Notes: generated from the letters alone by a model not told the origin. 64,000 nt of DNA from an uncultured Clostridia bacterium (GCA_944392945.1 CALXYJ010000001.1:116257-180256); one strand, 5' to 3'. Shown: positions 29,685 to 40,784, numbered from the stretch's first letter. Translations and numbers: made by a program.

Positions 29685-32390
29685 TTGGAAAAATTAGTGT
29701 TAATAGATGGTAATAGCATTTTGAATAGAGCTTTTTATGGAATTATGGGAAATAAAATGTTAACAACAAAGGAGGGAACACCTACAAATGCAGTATATGG
29801 TTTCTTAGCAATAATGTTTAAAATATTAGAAGAAATAAAGCCAGAATATCTAGTTGTAGCTTTTGACATGAAAGGACCAACTAAAAGACATGAAATGTAT
29901 GATGGGTATAAAGCTAATAGAAAAGGTATGCCTGATGAGTTAGCTTGCCAAATGCCAATTATAAAAAATATTTTAAAGGCTATGAATATAGATATCGTGG
30001 AAAAAGAAGGATATGAGGGTGATGACATCCTAGGAACTTTATCTGTATTTGGTGAAAAACAAGGATTGGAAGTAACTATTTTATCTGGAGATAGGGATAC
30101 TTTTCAGCTTGCAACAGATAATGTAACAATTAGAATTCCAAGGACCAAGATGGGAAAAACTGAAGTAGAAGATTTTAACAGAAAAAAAGTAGAAGAAATA
30201 TATAATCTAGAGCCAAAGCAATTAATAGAAGTAAAAGGACTTCAAGGAGATACTTCAGATAATATACCAGGAGTTCCAGGAATAGGAGAAAAAACAGCAT
30301 TAAAATTAATACAGGAATATAAAAGTATAGAAAATTTATATAAATTATTAGAAGCAGGACAAGCAGAAGATATAAAAGGAAAAGCTAGAGAAAGGTTACT
30401 AGAAAATAAAGATTTAGCAATACTTTCCAAAGAGTTAGGAACAATTAATACTAATTCACCAATAGACGAAAATTTAGAAGCTTTTAGAGTAGAAGAATGG
30501 AATAAAGAAGAAGTTTTAAGATTATTTAAAGATTTAAATTTTAATAGATATATAGAAAGATTTAATTTATCATCAGAAGTAGAACTAGAAAAAGAAGAAA
30601 TAACAGAAAAATATGAAATAGAAGAAATTAATATTAGTAAGGCTAAGAAAATAATACAAAAAAATAAAGAATTATTTTATCATTTCTCAACAAAAGAACT
30701 TAATAAAGAAGAGTATATTATAAAAAAAGAATTAATTACTTTTTCATTTTATAATAAAGATGAGAACAAAGCTTATTTTTCTAAGATTGCAGAAGAAGAT
30801 TTTAAATATTTAAAAGAAATTTTTGAAGACGAAAATATATTAAAATATGGATATAAAACGTCAGAGGATTATATTTTATTAAAGCAAAAAGGAATTTTAG
30901 CAAAAAATATAATATATGACGCAGAAATTGCAGTATATGATTTAGATCCATCAAATATGAAATATAAAATGCAGGATGTAGCTTTTCAATATTTAGATTT
31001 TAATATGGAAGAATATTTAGAAGCTTTAGGAATAAAAAAGCAAGCTCAAATAAACTTATTTGAAGAGAATGCTGATAATGATGAATATGAAAAAAATATA
31101 AATACACTTTATTGTTATTTAATACAAAAATTATATGAAAAAACAAAAGTTGAATTATCAAATTTAGAAGAGACGGATTTGTTTAAAAATATAGAAATGC
31201 CATTAGTAGAAGTACTTTCAGAAATGCAGTATGAAGGAATACAAATAGATAAAGATGAATTAGAAGAATTTGGAGTAAAATTAAAACAAAGTATAGAAGA
31301 GTTAACTCAGGAGATTTATGAATTAAGTGGAACAGAATTTAATATAAATTCTCCAAAGCAATTGGGCGAAATTTTATTTGAAAAATTAAATTTACCAGTA
31401 ATTAAGAAAACAAAAACAGGATATTCAACAGATGTGGATGTTTTAGAAAAATTAAGAAAAGAACATCCGGTAATCGAAAAAGTTTTGGAATATAGAAGTT
31501 TGACTAAATTAAATTCTACATATGTTGATGGATTAAAGCCATATATAAATCCGGTAACAGGAAGAATTCATTCATATTTTCATCAAACAATTACTGCAAC
31601 TGGAAGAATAAGTTCAACAGAACCTAATCTTCAAAATATACCTACAAGAATAGAACTAGGAAAACAATTAAGAAAAGCATTTAAGCCAAGAGAAGGATAT
31701 TTATTTATAGATGCAGATTATTCACAAATAGAATTAAGAGTACTTGCACATATTTCCAATGATGAACATATGATAGAGGCTTTTAATAATAATGAAGATA
31801 TACATAAACAAGCTGCTGCAAGTGTATTTAAAGTGCCTATTGATGAAGTTACAAAAGAACAAAGAACACATGCAAAAGCAGTCAATTTTGGAATAGTTTA
31901 TGGAATAAGTGATTTTGGTTTAGGAGAACAAATAGGAGTATCTAGAAAAAAAGCAAAAGAATATATAAATCAATATTTAGAAAAGTATAGTGGTATAAAA
32001 AAATTTATGACAGACATCGTGGAAGAAGCAAAGGAAAAGGGGTATGTAGAAACATTATTTAAAAGGAGAAGATATATACCAGAATTAAAATCTAAGAATT
32101 TTAACATTAGACAATTTGGAGCAAGAGCAGCTATGAATACACCTATACAGGGAACTGCTGCTGATATAATGAAAATTGCAATGATTGATGTATACCAAAA
32201 ATTAAAAGAAGGAAATCTAAAATCTAAATTAATATTACAAATACATGATGAACTTTTAATAGAAGCAAAAGAAGAAGAAAAAGAAGAAGTTAAAAATATA
32301 TTAAAAACATCAATGGAAAATGCAATAGAATTAAAAGTACCATTAAAAGCAGATGTTTCAGAAGCATATAATTGGTATGATTTAAAATAA
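29685..32390 (+). CDS. polA: DNA polymerase I
   Basis: 5'-3' exonuclease (LIDGNS, GDTSDNIPGV) and Pol A motifs (DYSQIELR, KAVNFGIVYG, QIHDEL). Confidence 0.97.
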   Translation: MEKLVLIDGNSILNRAFYGIMGNKMLTTKEGTPTNAVYGFLAIMFKILEEIKPEYLVVAFDMKGPTKRHEMYDGYKANRKGMPDELACQMPIIKNILKAMNIDIVEKEGYEGDDILGTLSVFGEKQGLEVTILSGDRDTFQLATDNVTIRIPRTKMGKTEVEDFNRKKVEEIYNLEPKQLIEVKGLQGDTSDNIPGVPGIGEKTALKLIQEYKSIENLYKLLEAGQAEDIKGKARERLLENKDLAILSKELGTINTNSPIDENLEAFRVEEWNKEEVLRLFKDLNFNRYIERFNLSSEVELEKEEITEKYEIEEINISKAKKIIQKNKELFYHFSTKELNKEEYIIKKELITFSFYNKDENKAYFSKIAEEDFKYLKEIFEDENILKYGYKTSEDYILLKQKGILAKNIIYDAEIAVYDLDPSNMKYKMQDVAFQYLDFNMEEYLEALGIKKQAQINLFEENADNDEYEKNINTLYCYLIQKLYEKTKVELSNLEETDLFKNIEMPLVEVLSEMQYEGIQIDKDELEEFGVKLKQSIEELTQEIYELSGTEFNINSPKQLGEILFEKLNLPVIKKTKTGYSTDVDVLEKLRKEHPVIEKVLEYRSLTKLNSTYVDGLKPYINPVTGRIHSYFHQTITATGRISSTEPNLQNIPTRIELGKQLRKAFKPREGYLFIDADYSQIELRVLAHISNDEHMIEAFNNNEDIHKQAAASVFKVPIDEVTKEQRTHAKAVNFGIVYGISDFGLGEQIGVSRKKAKEYINQYLEKYSGIKKFMTDIVEEAKEKGYVETLFKRRRYIPELKSKNFNIRQFGARAAMNTPIQGTAADIMKIAMIDVYQKLKEGNLKSKLILQIHDELLIEAKEEEKEEVKNILKTSMENAIELKVPLKADVSEAYNWYDLK

Positions 32391-32472
32391 TGTTGTTTTG
32401 AATTATTTTTATAAAGGTGATTTTGGTATGTATATACTATTAAAGAAAGGAGTTGTATAACATATAAATATT

Positions 32473-33061
32473 ATGTTATACAAAACGAATATGAAAAATA
32501 AACTACTGAAGATAATAGTTATATTTTTGTTTATATGTGCTATATTATACATTATGTTTGGAGTATTTGAAGTACATAAAATAATTATAAAGCAAATATA
32601 TCCTCAAAAATATTCTGAATATGTAGAAAAATATGCAGAAGAATATGATATAGATTCATTATTAGTATATGCAATTATTAAAGCGGAAAGCAATTTTCAG
32701 CCAGAAGCTGTATCTAAAAGTGATGCTATTGGGTTAATGCAACTTATGGATACAACTGCTGAAGATACTGCTAATAAATTAGGAATAGAATATAATAAAG
32801 AAGATTTAAAAAATCCAGAGATTAATATAATGCTTGGTACAAAATATTTTTCTACTTTATATGAAACATATAAAAACATACCAATAGCCTTAACTGCCTA
32901 TAATGCGGGAAGTCGGGAATGTATCTAATTGGATCGAAGAGGGAACCATTTTACCAGATGGCTCAAATATAGAAAACATTCCTTTTAGAGAAACAAATAA
33001 TTATGTAAGAAAGATATTAAGAGATTACGAAATATATAAAGAAATATATAAAGAAAAATAA
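32473..33061 (+). CDS. Soluble lytic transglycosylase (SLT), ~195 aa, needing a +1 shift at CGG 32914-32916
   Basis: IKAES, GLMQL and AYNAGS are in frame 0. AGT-C-GGG then continues in +1 as GNVSNW...IENIPFRETNNYVRKI..., ending at TAA 33061 immediately before the galE RBS. Confidence 0.85.
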
Positions 33062-33077
33062 AAAGGAGTGAGTTGCT

Positions 33078-34085
33078 ATGGCAATTTTAGTTACTGGAGG
33101 AGCTGGATATATAGGAAGTCATACAGTTGTAGAATTATTAAACTCTGGAAGAGAAGTTATTGTATTAGATGATTTTTCTAATAGTAAACCAGAAGTACTA
33201 GATTCAATAAAAAAGATTACAAATAAGGATTTTAAATTTTACAAAGTAAATTATCTAAATAAAGAAGAATTAGATAAAATCTTTAAAGAAAATAAGATAG
33301 AAGCTGTTATGAATTTTGCGGGTTTTAAAGCAGTAGGAGAATCTGTTCAAAAACCAATTGAATATTATACAAATAATGTTTCTGGAACATTAACTTTATT
33401 AGATGTTATGAGGAATAATAATGTAAAGAAATTTGTTTTCAGTTCTTCTGCAACAGTATATGGAAAACCAGAAGTTGTACCAATTACTGAAGATTGTAAA
33501 ACAGGTGGAACCACAAATCCATATGGTACAAGTAAATTATTTATAGAACAAATATTAAAAGATGTCTATAAATCAGATAATACATGGGACATAGTAATAT
33601 TAAGATATTTTAATCCAATTGGAGCACACGAAAGTGGTCTTATAGGAGAAGAACCACAAGGAATACCAAATAACTTAATGCCATATATTGTAAGAGTAGC
33701 AAATGGTACTTTAAAAGAATTATCTGTTTTCGGAAATGATTATGATACTCCAGATGGTACAGGTGTAAGAGACTATATTCATGTGGTAGATTTAGCTAAA
33801 GGACACATTAATGCATTAAAAAAATTAGAAAAGGAAGGACAAGGTTTATTTATATATAATCTAGGAACTGGAAAAGGTTATAGTGTTTTAGATATAGTAA
33901 AAACATTCGAGGAGGCAACAGGAAAGAAAGTTCCATATAAAATAGCACCTAGAAGAGCAGGAGATATAGATATATGTTATTCCGATCCTACAAAGGCAAA
34001 AGAAGAATTGGGATGGACAGCCCAAAAAGATTTAAAACAAATGTGTAAAGATTCATGGAATTATATAGAAAGACAAAATAATTAG
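33078..34085 (+). CDS. galE: UDP-glucose 4-epimerase
   Basis: GGAGYIGSH, FSSSATVYG, YGTSK, LRYFNP and RDYIHVVDLA motifs. Confidence 0.95.
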   Translation: MAILVTGGAGYIGSHTVVELLNSGREVIVLDDFSNSKPEVLDSIKKITNKDFKFYKVNYLNKEELDKIFKENKIEAVMNFAGFKAVGESVQKPIEYYTNNVSGTLTLLDVMRNNNVKKFVFSSSATVYGKPEVVPITEDCKTGGTTNPYGTSKLFIEQILKDVYKSDNTWDIVILRYFNPIGAHESGLIGEEPQGIPNNLMPYIVRVANGTLKELSVFGNDYDTPDGTGVRDYIHVVDLAKGHINALKKLEKEGQGLFIYNLGTGKGYSVLDIVKTFEEATGKKVPYKIAPRRAGDIDICYSDPTKAKEELGWTAQKDLKQMCKDSWNYIERQNN

Positions 34086-34976
34086 GTGAGAATGGTGAAA
34101 AAAAAGGAAGTAGAACAAAATAGAAATATAGATTCAAAAGATAATGGGGGACAAGATAAAAGTAATCGAATAATTTTTATTTATAGAATAGTAGTATCAA
34201 TAATTATGATAATTAGTATAATATTAGTATATATTTTAAATCATTATGGAGAAAGTAAGGAAGTTGATGCTATGTTTAATTCTAATTCTATTTCTGTTGG
34301 AAATTCGTATAATTCTAATGGTATTGTTGACGAAACACTTATATCAAATACAACAGCAGATACAAATACTAATGATGATGGAATTCACATAACTTCGGAA
34401 GAAAATTTGAAAAAACTTAATGATTGGAAATTAATGTTGGTAAATTATGAAAATACAATGCCAGAAGATTATATTCCACCATTAAGTAATATTGAAGATG
34501 ATAGGCAATTTGATTCTAGAGCAGCGGATAGTTTAATACAAATGATGTTGGATATGAATTCAGATGGTATAAATCATATATGGGCTCAATCAACATATAG
34601 AGATCCAAATAAACAAGGACATTTAATAGAAGAAAGTATACAAGAATATTTAGAAGAGGGAAAAACACAGGAAGAAGCAGAGGCACTAACTTTAAGATCA
34701 ATAGGTGAACCATACAAAAGTGAGCATAATATTGGTTTGGCGGTAGATTTTAATGATGTAAATTATGCTTTTGAAAGTGAACCTGCCTTTTCATGGCTAA
34801 TGGAAAATGCAGAAAAGTATGGTTTTATATTAAGATATCCTGCCGATAAAGAAGATATAACAAAAATAAAATATGAACCTTGGCATTGGAGGTATGTAGG
34901 ACCAGAATATGCAAAAGAAATTAATAATTTAGGAATGTGTTTAGAAGAATACATAGAATATTTAAAAAATAATTAG
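34086..34976 (+). CDS. M15B (VanY-like) D-Ala-D-Ala carboxypeptidase
   Basis: N-terminal TM helix, SEHNIGLAVD and YEPWHWRYVG motifs. Confidence 0.88.
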   Translation: MRMVKKKEVEQNRNIDSKDNGGQDKSNRIIFIYRIVVSIIMIISIILVYILNHYGESKEVDAMFNSNSISVGNSYNSNGIVDETLISNTTADTNTNDDGIHITSEENLKKLNDWKLMLVNYENTMPEDYIPPLSNIEDDRQFDSRAADSLIQMMLDMNSDGINHIWAQSTYRDPNKQGHLIEESIQEYLEEGKTQEEAEALTLRSIGEPYKSEHNIGLAVDFNDVNYAFESEPAFSWLMENAEKYGFILRYPADKEDITKIKYEPWHWRYVGPEYAKEINNLGMCLEEYIEYLKNN

Positions 34977-34990
34977 AGATTATAAATAAG

Positions 34991-35020
34991 TCATAAAAAA
35001 TCATAAAAAATCATAAAAAA
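34991..35020. repeat. Tandem 10-bp repeat (TCATAAAAAA x3)
   Basis: Read directly; intergenic, just before the terminator at 35029. Confidence 0.8.
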
Positions 35021-35028
35021 AATATTAT

Positions 35029-35066
35029 ATAAGGAGTTTAGTTTTTTTAAATTAAACTTCTTTTTT
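35029..35066 (+). terminator. Probable intrinsic terminator
   Basis: AAGGAGTTTAGTT...AATTAAACTTCTT followed by a T tract. Confidence 0.55.
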
Positions 35067-35204
35067 ATATAGTAAGAAATAAAGTTAAACACTAGGTTTT
35101 TTAACTTTATTAAGAATGTAAAACAAAATTAAATTAGTACTAGATATAATTTTATTTTTATGGTACAATAACAAATGTGCTAAAAAAGGAAAGGAGAAAT
35201 AGAG

Positions 35205-36956
35205 ATGATTAAAGAACTAGCAAAATACATCAAACAGTACAAAAAATACGCAATTTTAACACCATTTATGGTAGTGTTAGAAATTGTAATGGAAGTAGTA
35301 ATACCATATCTAATGGCAAGAATTATCGATGTAGGAATTCAAAATAATGATTTGAACTATATTATTAGAATAGGAATTATGTTAATAATTTCTGCTATTA
35401 TGTCTTTAATATTTGGTGTACTTTCAGGAAGATTTGCAGCTGTAGCGTCTTCTGGATTTGCTAAAAATTTAAGACAAGGAATGTTTTATAATATTCAAAA
35501 TTATTCTTTTACAAATATAGATAAATTTTCTACATCAAGCTTAGTAACAAGATTAACAACAGACGTAACAAATGTTCAAAATGCTTTTCAAATGATCATA
35601 AGAGCATTAGTAAGAGGACCTGTAATGATAGTATTTGCTTTAATTATGGCTTTTTCTATTAACAAAGAACTATCATTGGTATATGTTGCAACAATGATAC
35701 CTCTTGCAATATTATTAGCTTTTATTTCTATAAAAGCACATCCATATTTTGAAAAAGTATTTAAGAAATATGATGAATTAAATCGTGTTGTTGGAGAAAA
35801 CTTAAATGCAATTAGAGTTGTAAAATCATTTGCAACAGAAGAGTTTGAAGAGAAAAAAATTGGGGACGTTAATTCATTAGTATATGAGTTATTTAAGAAA
35901 GCTGAAAAAATAGTAATATTTAATAGCCCACTTATGCAAATTGCAATATATGGTTGTATATTGTTATTATCATGGCTTGGAGCAAAGGCAATTGTAACAG
36001 GAGGAATGCAAACAGGACAATTATCAAGTTTAATTACATATGCTTGGCAGATATTATCAAGCTTAATGATGCTTTCTATGGTATTAGTTATGATAATAAT
36101 TGCACAGTCTTCAGCAGAAAGAATTGTTGAAGTTCTAACAGAAGAACCAACAATTAAAAACAAAGAAAAAACAATAAAAGAAATAAAAGATGGAAGTATA
36201 GAATTTATAGATGTAGACTTTCAATATGATGATGCAAAAGCAAACGAGATGCTTCCTCTAGAAGATATTAATTTAAAAATCAATTCAGGTGAAATAATTG
36301 GTATTATTGGAGGAACCGGAAGTTCAAAAACATCTTTAGTAAATTTAATTCCAAGATTATATGATGTAAAATCTGGCTTCGTAAAAGTTGGAGGAGTAGA
36401 TGTTAGAGATTATGATTTAGAGTCTTTAAGAAACGGAGTAGCCATGGTTTTACAAAAAAATGTATTGTTCTCTGGAACAATAGCAGAAAACTTAAGATGG
36501 GGTAATGAAGATGCTACAGACGAAGAATTAGTAAGAGCTTGTAAATTAGCTCAAGCAGATAGTTTTATACAAGAATTACCAGATAAATATCAAACAGTTC
36601 TAGATCAAGGGGGAACAAATGTATCTGGTGGTCAAAAACAAAGAATTTGTATTGCAAGAGCATTACTTAAAAAACCAAAAATATTAATTCTAGATGATTC
36701 TACAAGTGCTGTAGATACAAAAACAGATGCACTTATAAGAAAAGCATTTAGAGAAGAGATACCAGACACAACAAAAATAATAATTGCACAAAGAATAAGT
36801 TCAATAATTGATGCAGATAAAATAATAGTTATGGATAATGGTAGAATAGATGGAATAGGAACATCTGACGAATTATTAAAAACTAATAAGATATATCAAG
36901 AAGTATATGAATCACAAATGGGAGGAGATGATGCTAATAATGAAAAACAAGACTAA
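35205..36956 (+). CDS. ABC exporter, permease + ATPase subunit 1
   Basis: TM domain plus GGTGSSKT, VSGGQKQR and LDDSTSA motifs. Confidence 0.92.
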   Translation: MIKELAKYIKQYKKYAILTPFMVVLEIVMEVVIPYLMARIIDVGIQNNDLNYIIRIGIMLIISAIMSLIFGVLSGRFAAVASSGFAKNLRQGMFYNIQNYSFTNIDKFSTSSLVTRLTTDVTNVQNAFQMIIRALVRGPVMIVFALIMAFSINKELSLVYVATMIPLAILLAFISIKAHPYFEKVFKKYDELNRVVGENLNAIRVVKSFATEEFEEKKIGDVNSLVYELFKKAEKIVIFNSPLMQIAIYGCILLLSWLGAKAIVTGGMQTGQLSSLITYAWQILSSLMMLSMVLVMIIIAQSSAERIVEVLTEEPTIKNKEKTIKEIKDGSIEFIDVDFQYDDAKANEMLPLEDINLKINSGEIIGIIGGTGSSKTSLVNLIPRLYDVKSGFVKVGGVDVRDYDLESLRNGVAMVLQKNVLFSGTIAENLRWGNEDATDEELVRACKLAQADSFIQELPDKYQTVLDQGGTNVSGGQKQRICIARALLKKPKILILDDSTSAVDTKTDALIRKAFREEIPDTTKIIIAQRISSIIDADKIIVMDNGRIDGIGTSDELLKTNKIYQEVYESQMGGDDANNEKQD

Positions 36957-38799
36957 AAAAACAAATACATTAAAAAGATTACTAAAATATGCATTAAGCG
37001 ACTATAAAGCCCAATTTGTAATAGTAATAATTAGTATAATAATAAGTGCAGCAGCAAGTGTTGTTGGAATACAATTTATTCAGACATTAATAGATGAATA
37101 TATTACACCACTTATTGGCAATCAAAACCCAAACTATACATCATTGTTACAAGCGATATTAATGATGGGAATGGTTTACCTTATAGGTATTATTGGTACA
37201 TATATATATAATAGATTAATGATTAATATAACACAAGGAACATTACAAAAAATAAGGAAAGAAATGTTTGAACATATGCAAAGATTACCAATTGGATATT
37301 TTGATAGTCATAGCCATGGTGAAACAATGAGTACATATACAAATGATGTTGACACATTAAGGCAAGCATTAAGTCAAAGTATACCACAAGTATTTTCTGC
37401 AATAGTTTCTATGGTATCTGTGTTAGTAGGAATGATTGTAACTAATATTTATTTAACTATAATTGTATTAATAATGGTAGCAATTATGGCAATTGTTTCT
37501 AGATTTTTTGCTAAAAATAGTTCAAAGTACTTTATAGGTCAACAAGAAAGCATTGGTAAAGTTGATGGATACATAGAAGAAATGATGAATGGTCAAAAAG
37601 TCGTAAAAGTATTCTGCTATGAGGAAAGATCTAAAGAAAGATTTGATAAATTAAATGAAGAATTATTCCAAAGTAGTAAAAAAGCTAATTCTTATGCAAA
37701 TACGCTAATGCCATGTATTATGAATATTGGAAATATTGGATATGTTTTAGTAGCAGTTGTAGGTGGAGTATTTGCTGTTAATGGATTATTAACAGTAGGT
37801 AGCATAGCAGCATTTTTACAATATATAAAAGCATTTACAAACCCACTTGCACAAGTTTCACAACAATTAAACTTTGTTGCTATGGCACTTGCTGGTGCTG
37901 AAAGAATATTTAAATTAATAGATGAAAAAGCAGAAGAAGATAATGGATATGTAACATTGGTAAATGCAAAAGAAGTAGATGGAAAGATAGTAGAATCAGA
38001 AGAAAGAACAGGATTATGGGCATGGAAACATCCGCATGGTAATGGAACAGTTACATATACTAAATTATGTGGAAATGTAGAATTTGAAAATGTTACTTTT
38101 GGATATGTACCAAATAAAGTAATATTACATGATATAAGTTTAGTAGCAAAAGAAGGCCAAAAAGTTTCATTTGTTGGACCTACAGGTGCAGGGAAAACAA
38201 CTATTACAAACTTAATAAATCGTTTTTATGATATTCAAGAAGGTAAAATCAGATATGATGGAATTAATATAAACAAAATGAAAAAAGATGATTTAAGAAG
38301 ATCACTTGGAATGGTTTTACAAGATACACATCTATTTACTGGAACTATAAAAGATAATATTAAATATGGTAAAATGGATGCAACAGATGAGGAAGTAATT
38401 GCAGCAGCAAAGCTTGCAAATGCAGATAGATTTATAAGACATTTACCACATGCATATGATACAATGATCTCTGGTGATGGAGAAGGTTTATCACAAGGTC
38501 AAAGGCAACTTCTTGCAATAGCAAGAGCTGCTTTGTATAATCCACCAGTATTAATATTAGATGAAGCAACAAGCTCTATAGACACGCGTACAGAAAAAAT
38601 AGTTCAAGATGGTATGGATAAACTTATGAAAGGTAGAACAGTTTTTGTTATAGCACATAGACTTTCTACAATCAAAAATTCAGACTTAATAATGGTATTA
38701 GATCATGGAAACATTATAGAAAGAGGAAACCATGACGAATTATTAGCAAAAAAAGGAATGTACTATGGATTATATACAGGTGCAATCGAAATAGAATAA
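36940..38799 (+). CDS. ABC exporter, permease + ATPase subunit 2
   Basis: GPTGAGKT, LSQGQRQ, LDEATS and IAHRLST motifs. Start placed at ATG 36940 after GGAGG. Confidence 0.92.
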   Translation: MKNKTKKTNTLKRLLKYALSDYKAQFVIVIISIIISAAASVVGIQFIQTLIDEYITPLIGNQNPNYTSLLQAILMMGMVYLIGIIGTYIYNRLMINITQGTLQKIRKEMFEHMQRLPIGYFDSHSHGETMSTYTNDVDTLRQALSQSIPQVFSAIVSMVSVLVGMIVTNIYLTIIVLIMVAIMAIVSRFFAKNSSKYFIGQQESIGKVDGYIEEMMNGQKVVKVFCYEERSKERFDKLNEELFQSSKKANSYANTLMPCIMNIGNIGYVLVAVVGGVFAVNGLLTVGSIAAFLQYIKAFTNPLAQVSQQLNFVAMALAGAERIFKLIDEKAEEDNGYVTLVNAKEVDGKIVESEERTGLWAWKHPHGNGTVTYTKLCGNVEFENVTFGYVPNKVILHDISLVAKEGQKVSFVGPTGAGKTTITNLINRFYDIQEGKIRYDGININKMKKDDLRRSLGMVLQDTHLFTGTIKDNIKYGKMDATDEEVIAAAKLANADRFIRHLPHAYDTMISGDGEGLSQGQRQLLAIARAALYNPPVLILDEATSSIDTRTEKIVQDGMDKLMKGRTVFVIAHRLSTIKNSDLIMVLDHGNIIERGNHDELLAKKGMYYGLYTGAIEIE

Positions 38800-38804
38800 A
38801 AATG

Positions 38805-38840
38805 ATGAACTTTAGGGATGTTCCTTAAAGTTCATTTTTT
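38805..38840 (+). terminator. REP-like palindrome copy 2, positioned as a terminator
   Basis: ATGAACTTTAGGGATGTTCCTTAAAGTTCAT followed by a T tract, just after the ABC operon. Confidence 0.75.
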
Positions 38841-38881
38841 CTGAAACACTTAAAAACAAGCATTTACATAGAATTATCTGA

Positions 38882-38910
38882 TTGACAAATAAACTTTATT
38901 AGGCTATTAT
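38882..38910 (+). promoter_or_regulatory. sigma-A-type promoter
   Basis: TTGACA-17 bp-TATTAT. Confidence 0.6.
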
Positions 38911-38965
38911 ATAAATAGAGATAATGGAAATAATCTATATAAAGTAAAAATATAAGGAGGTAATT

Positions 38966-39352
38966 ATGATGGATGAAGAAAAAAATTTAGAACAAGAAAT
39001 TAATGTAGCAAATGAGGTTGTTGCAACAATTGCTGGAATGGCAGTTGCTAAGGTTGATGGTGTTGCAAAAATGGCAGGAGGATTTACAGAAGGACTTAAA
39101 GCAATAGGTGGAAAGAAACAAATGTCAAGAGGAATTAAAGTAGAAGCAGATGGAGACAATGTAAAAATAGAAATAAATATTATAGTAAGATATGGTGTTA
39201 ATATTAGAGAAGTTGGTAAGAACATCCAAAATATAGTTAAAGAAGAAGTAGAAAATATGACTGGAAATAAAGTAGAAAGAGTAGTTGTAAATGTACAAGG
39301 TGTAAAAGTTGATGAAGATGGAGAAGATAAAATAGATAATATGGAGGAATAA
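38966..39352 (+). CDS. Asp23/Gls24 family protein
   Basis: EVVATIAG, VDGV, RGIKVE, YGVNI and MTG..V..V.VNVQGV motifs. Confidence 0.88.
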   Translation: MMDEEKNLEQEINVANEVVATIAGMAVAKVDGVAKMAGGFTEGLKAIGGKKQMSRGIKVEADGDNVKIEINIIVRYGVNIREVGKNIQNIVKEEVENMTGNKVERVVVNVQGVKVDEDGEDKIDNMEE

Positions 39353-39356
39353 TATT

Positions 39357-39899
39357 ATGGATCCAATAAAAGATTTGCTAAAAAAATCTGGTATGTCTAA
39401 TATATTGGTATCAATAATTTTTGGACTATTTGGAGTAATATTATGTGTTTTTCATGAAGGTGCTGTAGAAGTAATTTCATGTTTAATAGGATTATTATTT
39501 TTAATAATAGGAGTTTCGAGATTAGTTAATTATATAAAAGGAAGAGGTAGAGGCGAATATTTAAATTTTGACTTGTTCTGTGGCTTACTTGCAACTTTAA
39601 TTGGTATAATTGCAATAGTATATACAGATGCAATAGGTGCAATTTTAAGAATAATAGTTGGAACATGGATTATATATAGTGGAATAACAAGAGTATATTT
39701 ATCATTAAAGATAAAAGAATTTAATTCTTCAATATGGATATTTAGTTTAATATTATCGATTTTGATGATTATATTTGGTATTTATATTTTACTAAATAGT
39801 GGAGCAATTATTACATTAATTGGTTCATTAATGATTGCATATGCAATAATAGATATAATAGAAAGTATAATTTTTATAAGGAAAATAAAAAAATTTTAA
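39357..39899 (+). CDS. DUF308/HdeD-like membrane protein
   Basis: Six short TM helices in a repeated pattern. Confidence 0.7.
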   Translation: MDPIKDLLKKSGMSNILVSIIFGLFGVILCVFHEGAVEVISCLIGLLFLIIGVSRLVNYIKGRGRGEYLNFDLFCGLLATLIGIIAIVYTDAIGAILRIIVGTWIIYSGITRVYLSLKIKEFNSSIWIFSLILSILMIIFGIYILLNSGAIITLIGSLMIAYAIIDIIESIIFIRKIKKF

Positions 39900-39918
39900 T
39901 AAAAATGATCTCTAAAGC

Positions 39919-39951
39919 AAAAAAATCGCTAAACAAATTAGCGATTTTTTT
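39919..39951 (+). terminator. Intrinsic terminator
   Basis: AAAAAATCGCTAA...TTAGCGATTTTTT. Confidence 0.7.
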
Positions 39952-40178
39952 ATGAATATTATTTTTTTATAGAAACAAAAAGAACATAAAGAGAAAAAAG
40001 TAGGAAAACTTAGAAATAAGTGCCATATAGGCTTTTTGAAAATAAAAATTAATTTACAAACAAAACACAATTAGGGAATAATTTGGAAATAATTTATCAG
40101 TAAAATATAACCATACTAAATAAAGAAAGGAGTGACGATAAATTAGAAAATAGTATTATTAATTCACAAAATAAAGTT

Positions 40179-40784
40179 TTGCAAAACGAAAAATTAGTAG
40201 TAAAAAGTGACATTTATGAAAAATTAATGTCAATATACTCGCTTAGCATAGAAGAAATTAAAAAAATTATTGAAGATATGGAGGTGAAGTACAAGGAAAT
40301 AAATCTTATAGATCATGTTAAATATAGAATAAAAAGCCCCAAAAGTATAATAAATAAAATGAAAAAGAAAAATTATGATTTAAATTATAATGAGCTTATA
40401 GAAAAGGTAAATGATATTGCTGGTATACGAATTATTTGCCCCTTTCAAGAAAACGTATACATAGTAAGAGAACTTTTATTAGAAAATCATAAAATACGAG
40501 TATTGGATGAGAAAGATTATATACAAAATCCTAAAAAAAGCGGATATTCAAGTTTGCACTTAATAGTTGAAGTGCCTGTTGAAACCGACATGGGAAAAGT
40601 ATATGTAAAAGCCGAAATACAAATTAGAACAATGGCAATGGACTTTTGGGCAAGTCTAGAACATGAATTAAAATATAAAAATAATAATATTACTAAGTCA
40701 GCTTCCAAAAAACTAATGAAAGCTGCAAAAATAATAAGAAAGCTAGATTATGAAATGTCAGTACTAGCAAATGAAATACGTTAA
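40179..40784 (+). CDS. Small alarmone ((p)ppGpp) synthetase, RelP/RelQ-like
   Basis: RIKSPKSI, DIAGIRI, GYSSLH, EIQIRT and WASLEH motifs. Start codon uncertain. Confidence 0.9.
   Translation: MQNEKLVVKSDIYEKLMSIYSLSIEEIKKIIEDMEVKYKEINLIDHVKYRIKSPKSIINKMKKKNYDLNYNELIEKVNDIAGIRIICPFQENVYIVRELLLENHKIRVLDEKDYIQNPKKSGYSSLHLIVEVPVETDMGKVYVKAEIQIRTMAMDFWASLEHELKYKNNNITKSASKKLMKAAKIIRKLDYEMSVLANEIR

Noticed and set aside
36907-36956. ORF overlaps here, at 22538-22578 and at 45843-45874 as possible frameshifts
   Set aside because: The downstream genes have their own plausible starts and the upstream proteins look complete. No CGG is involved.
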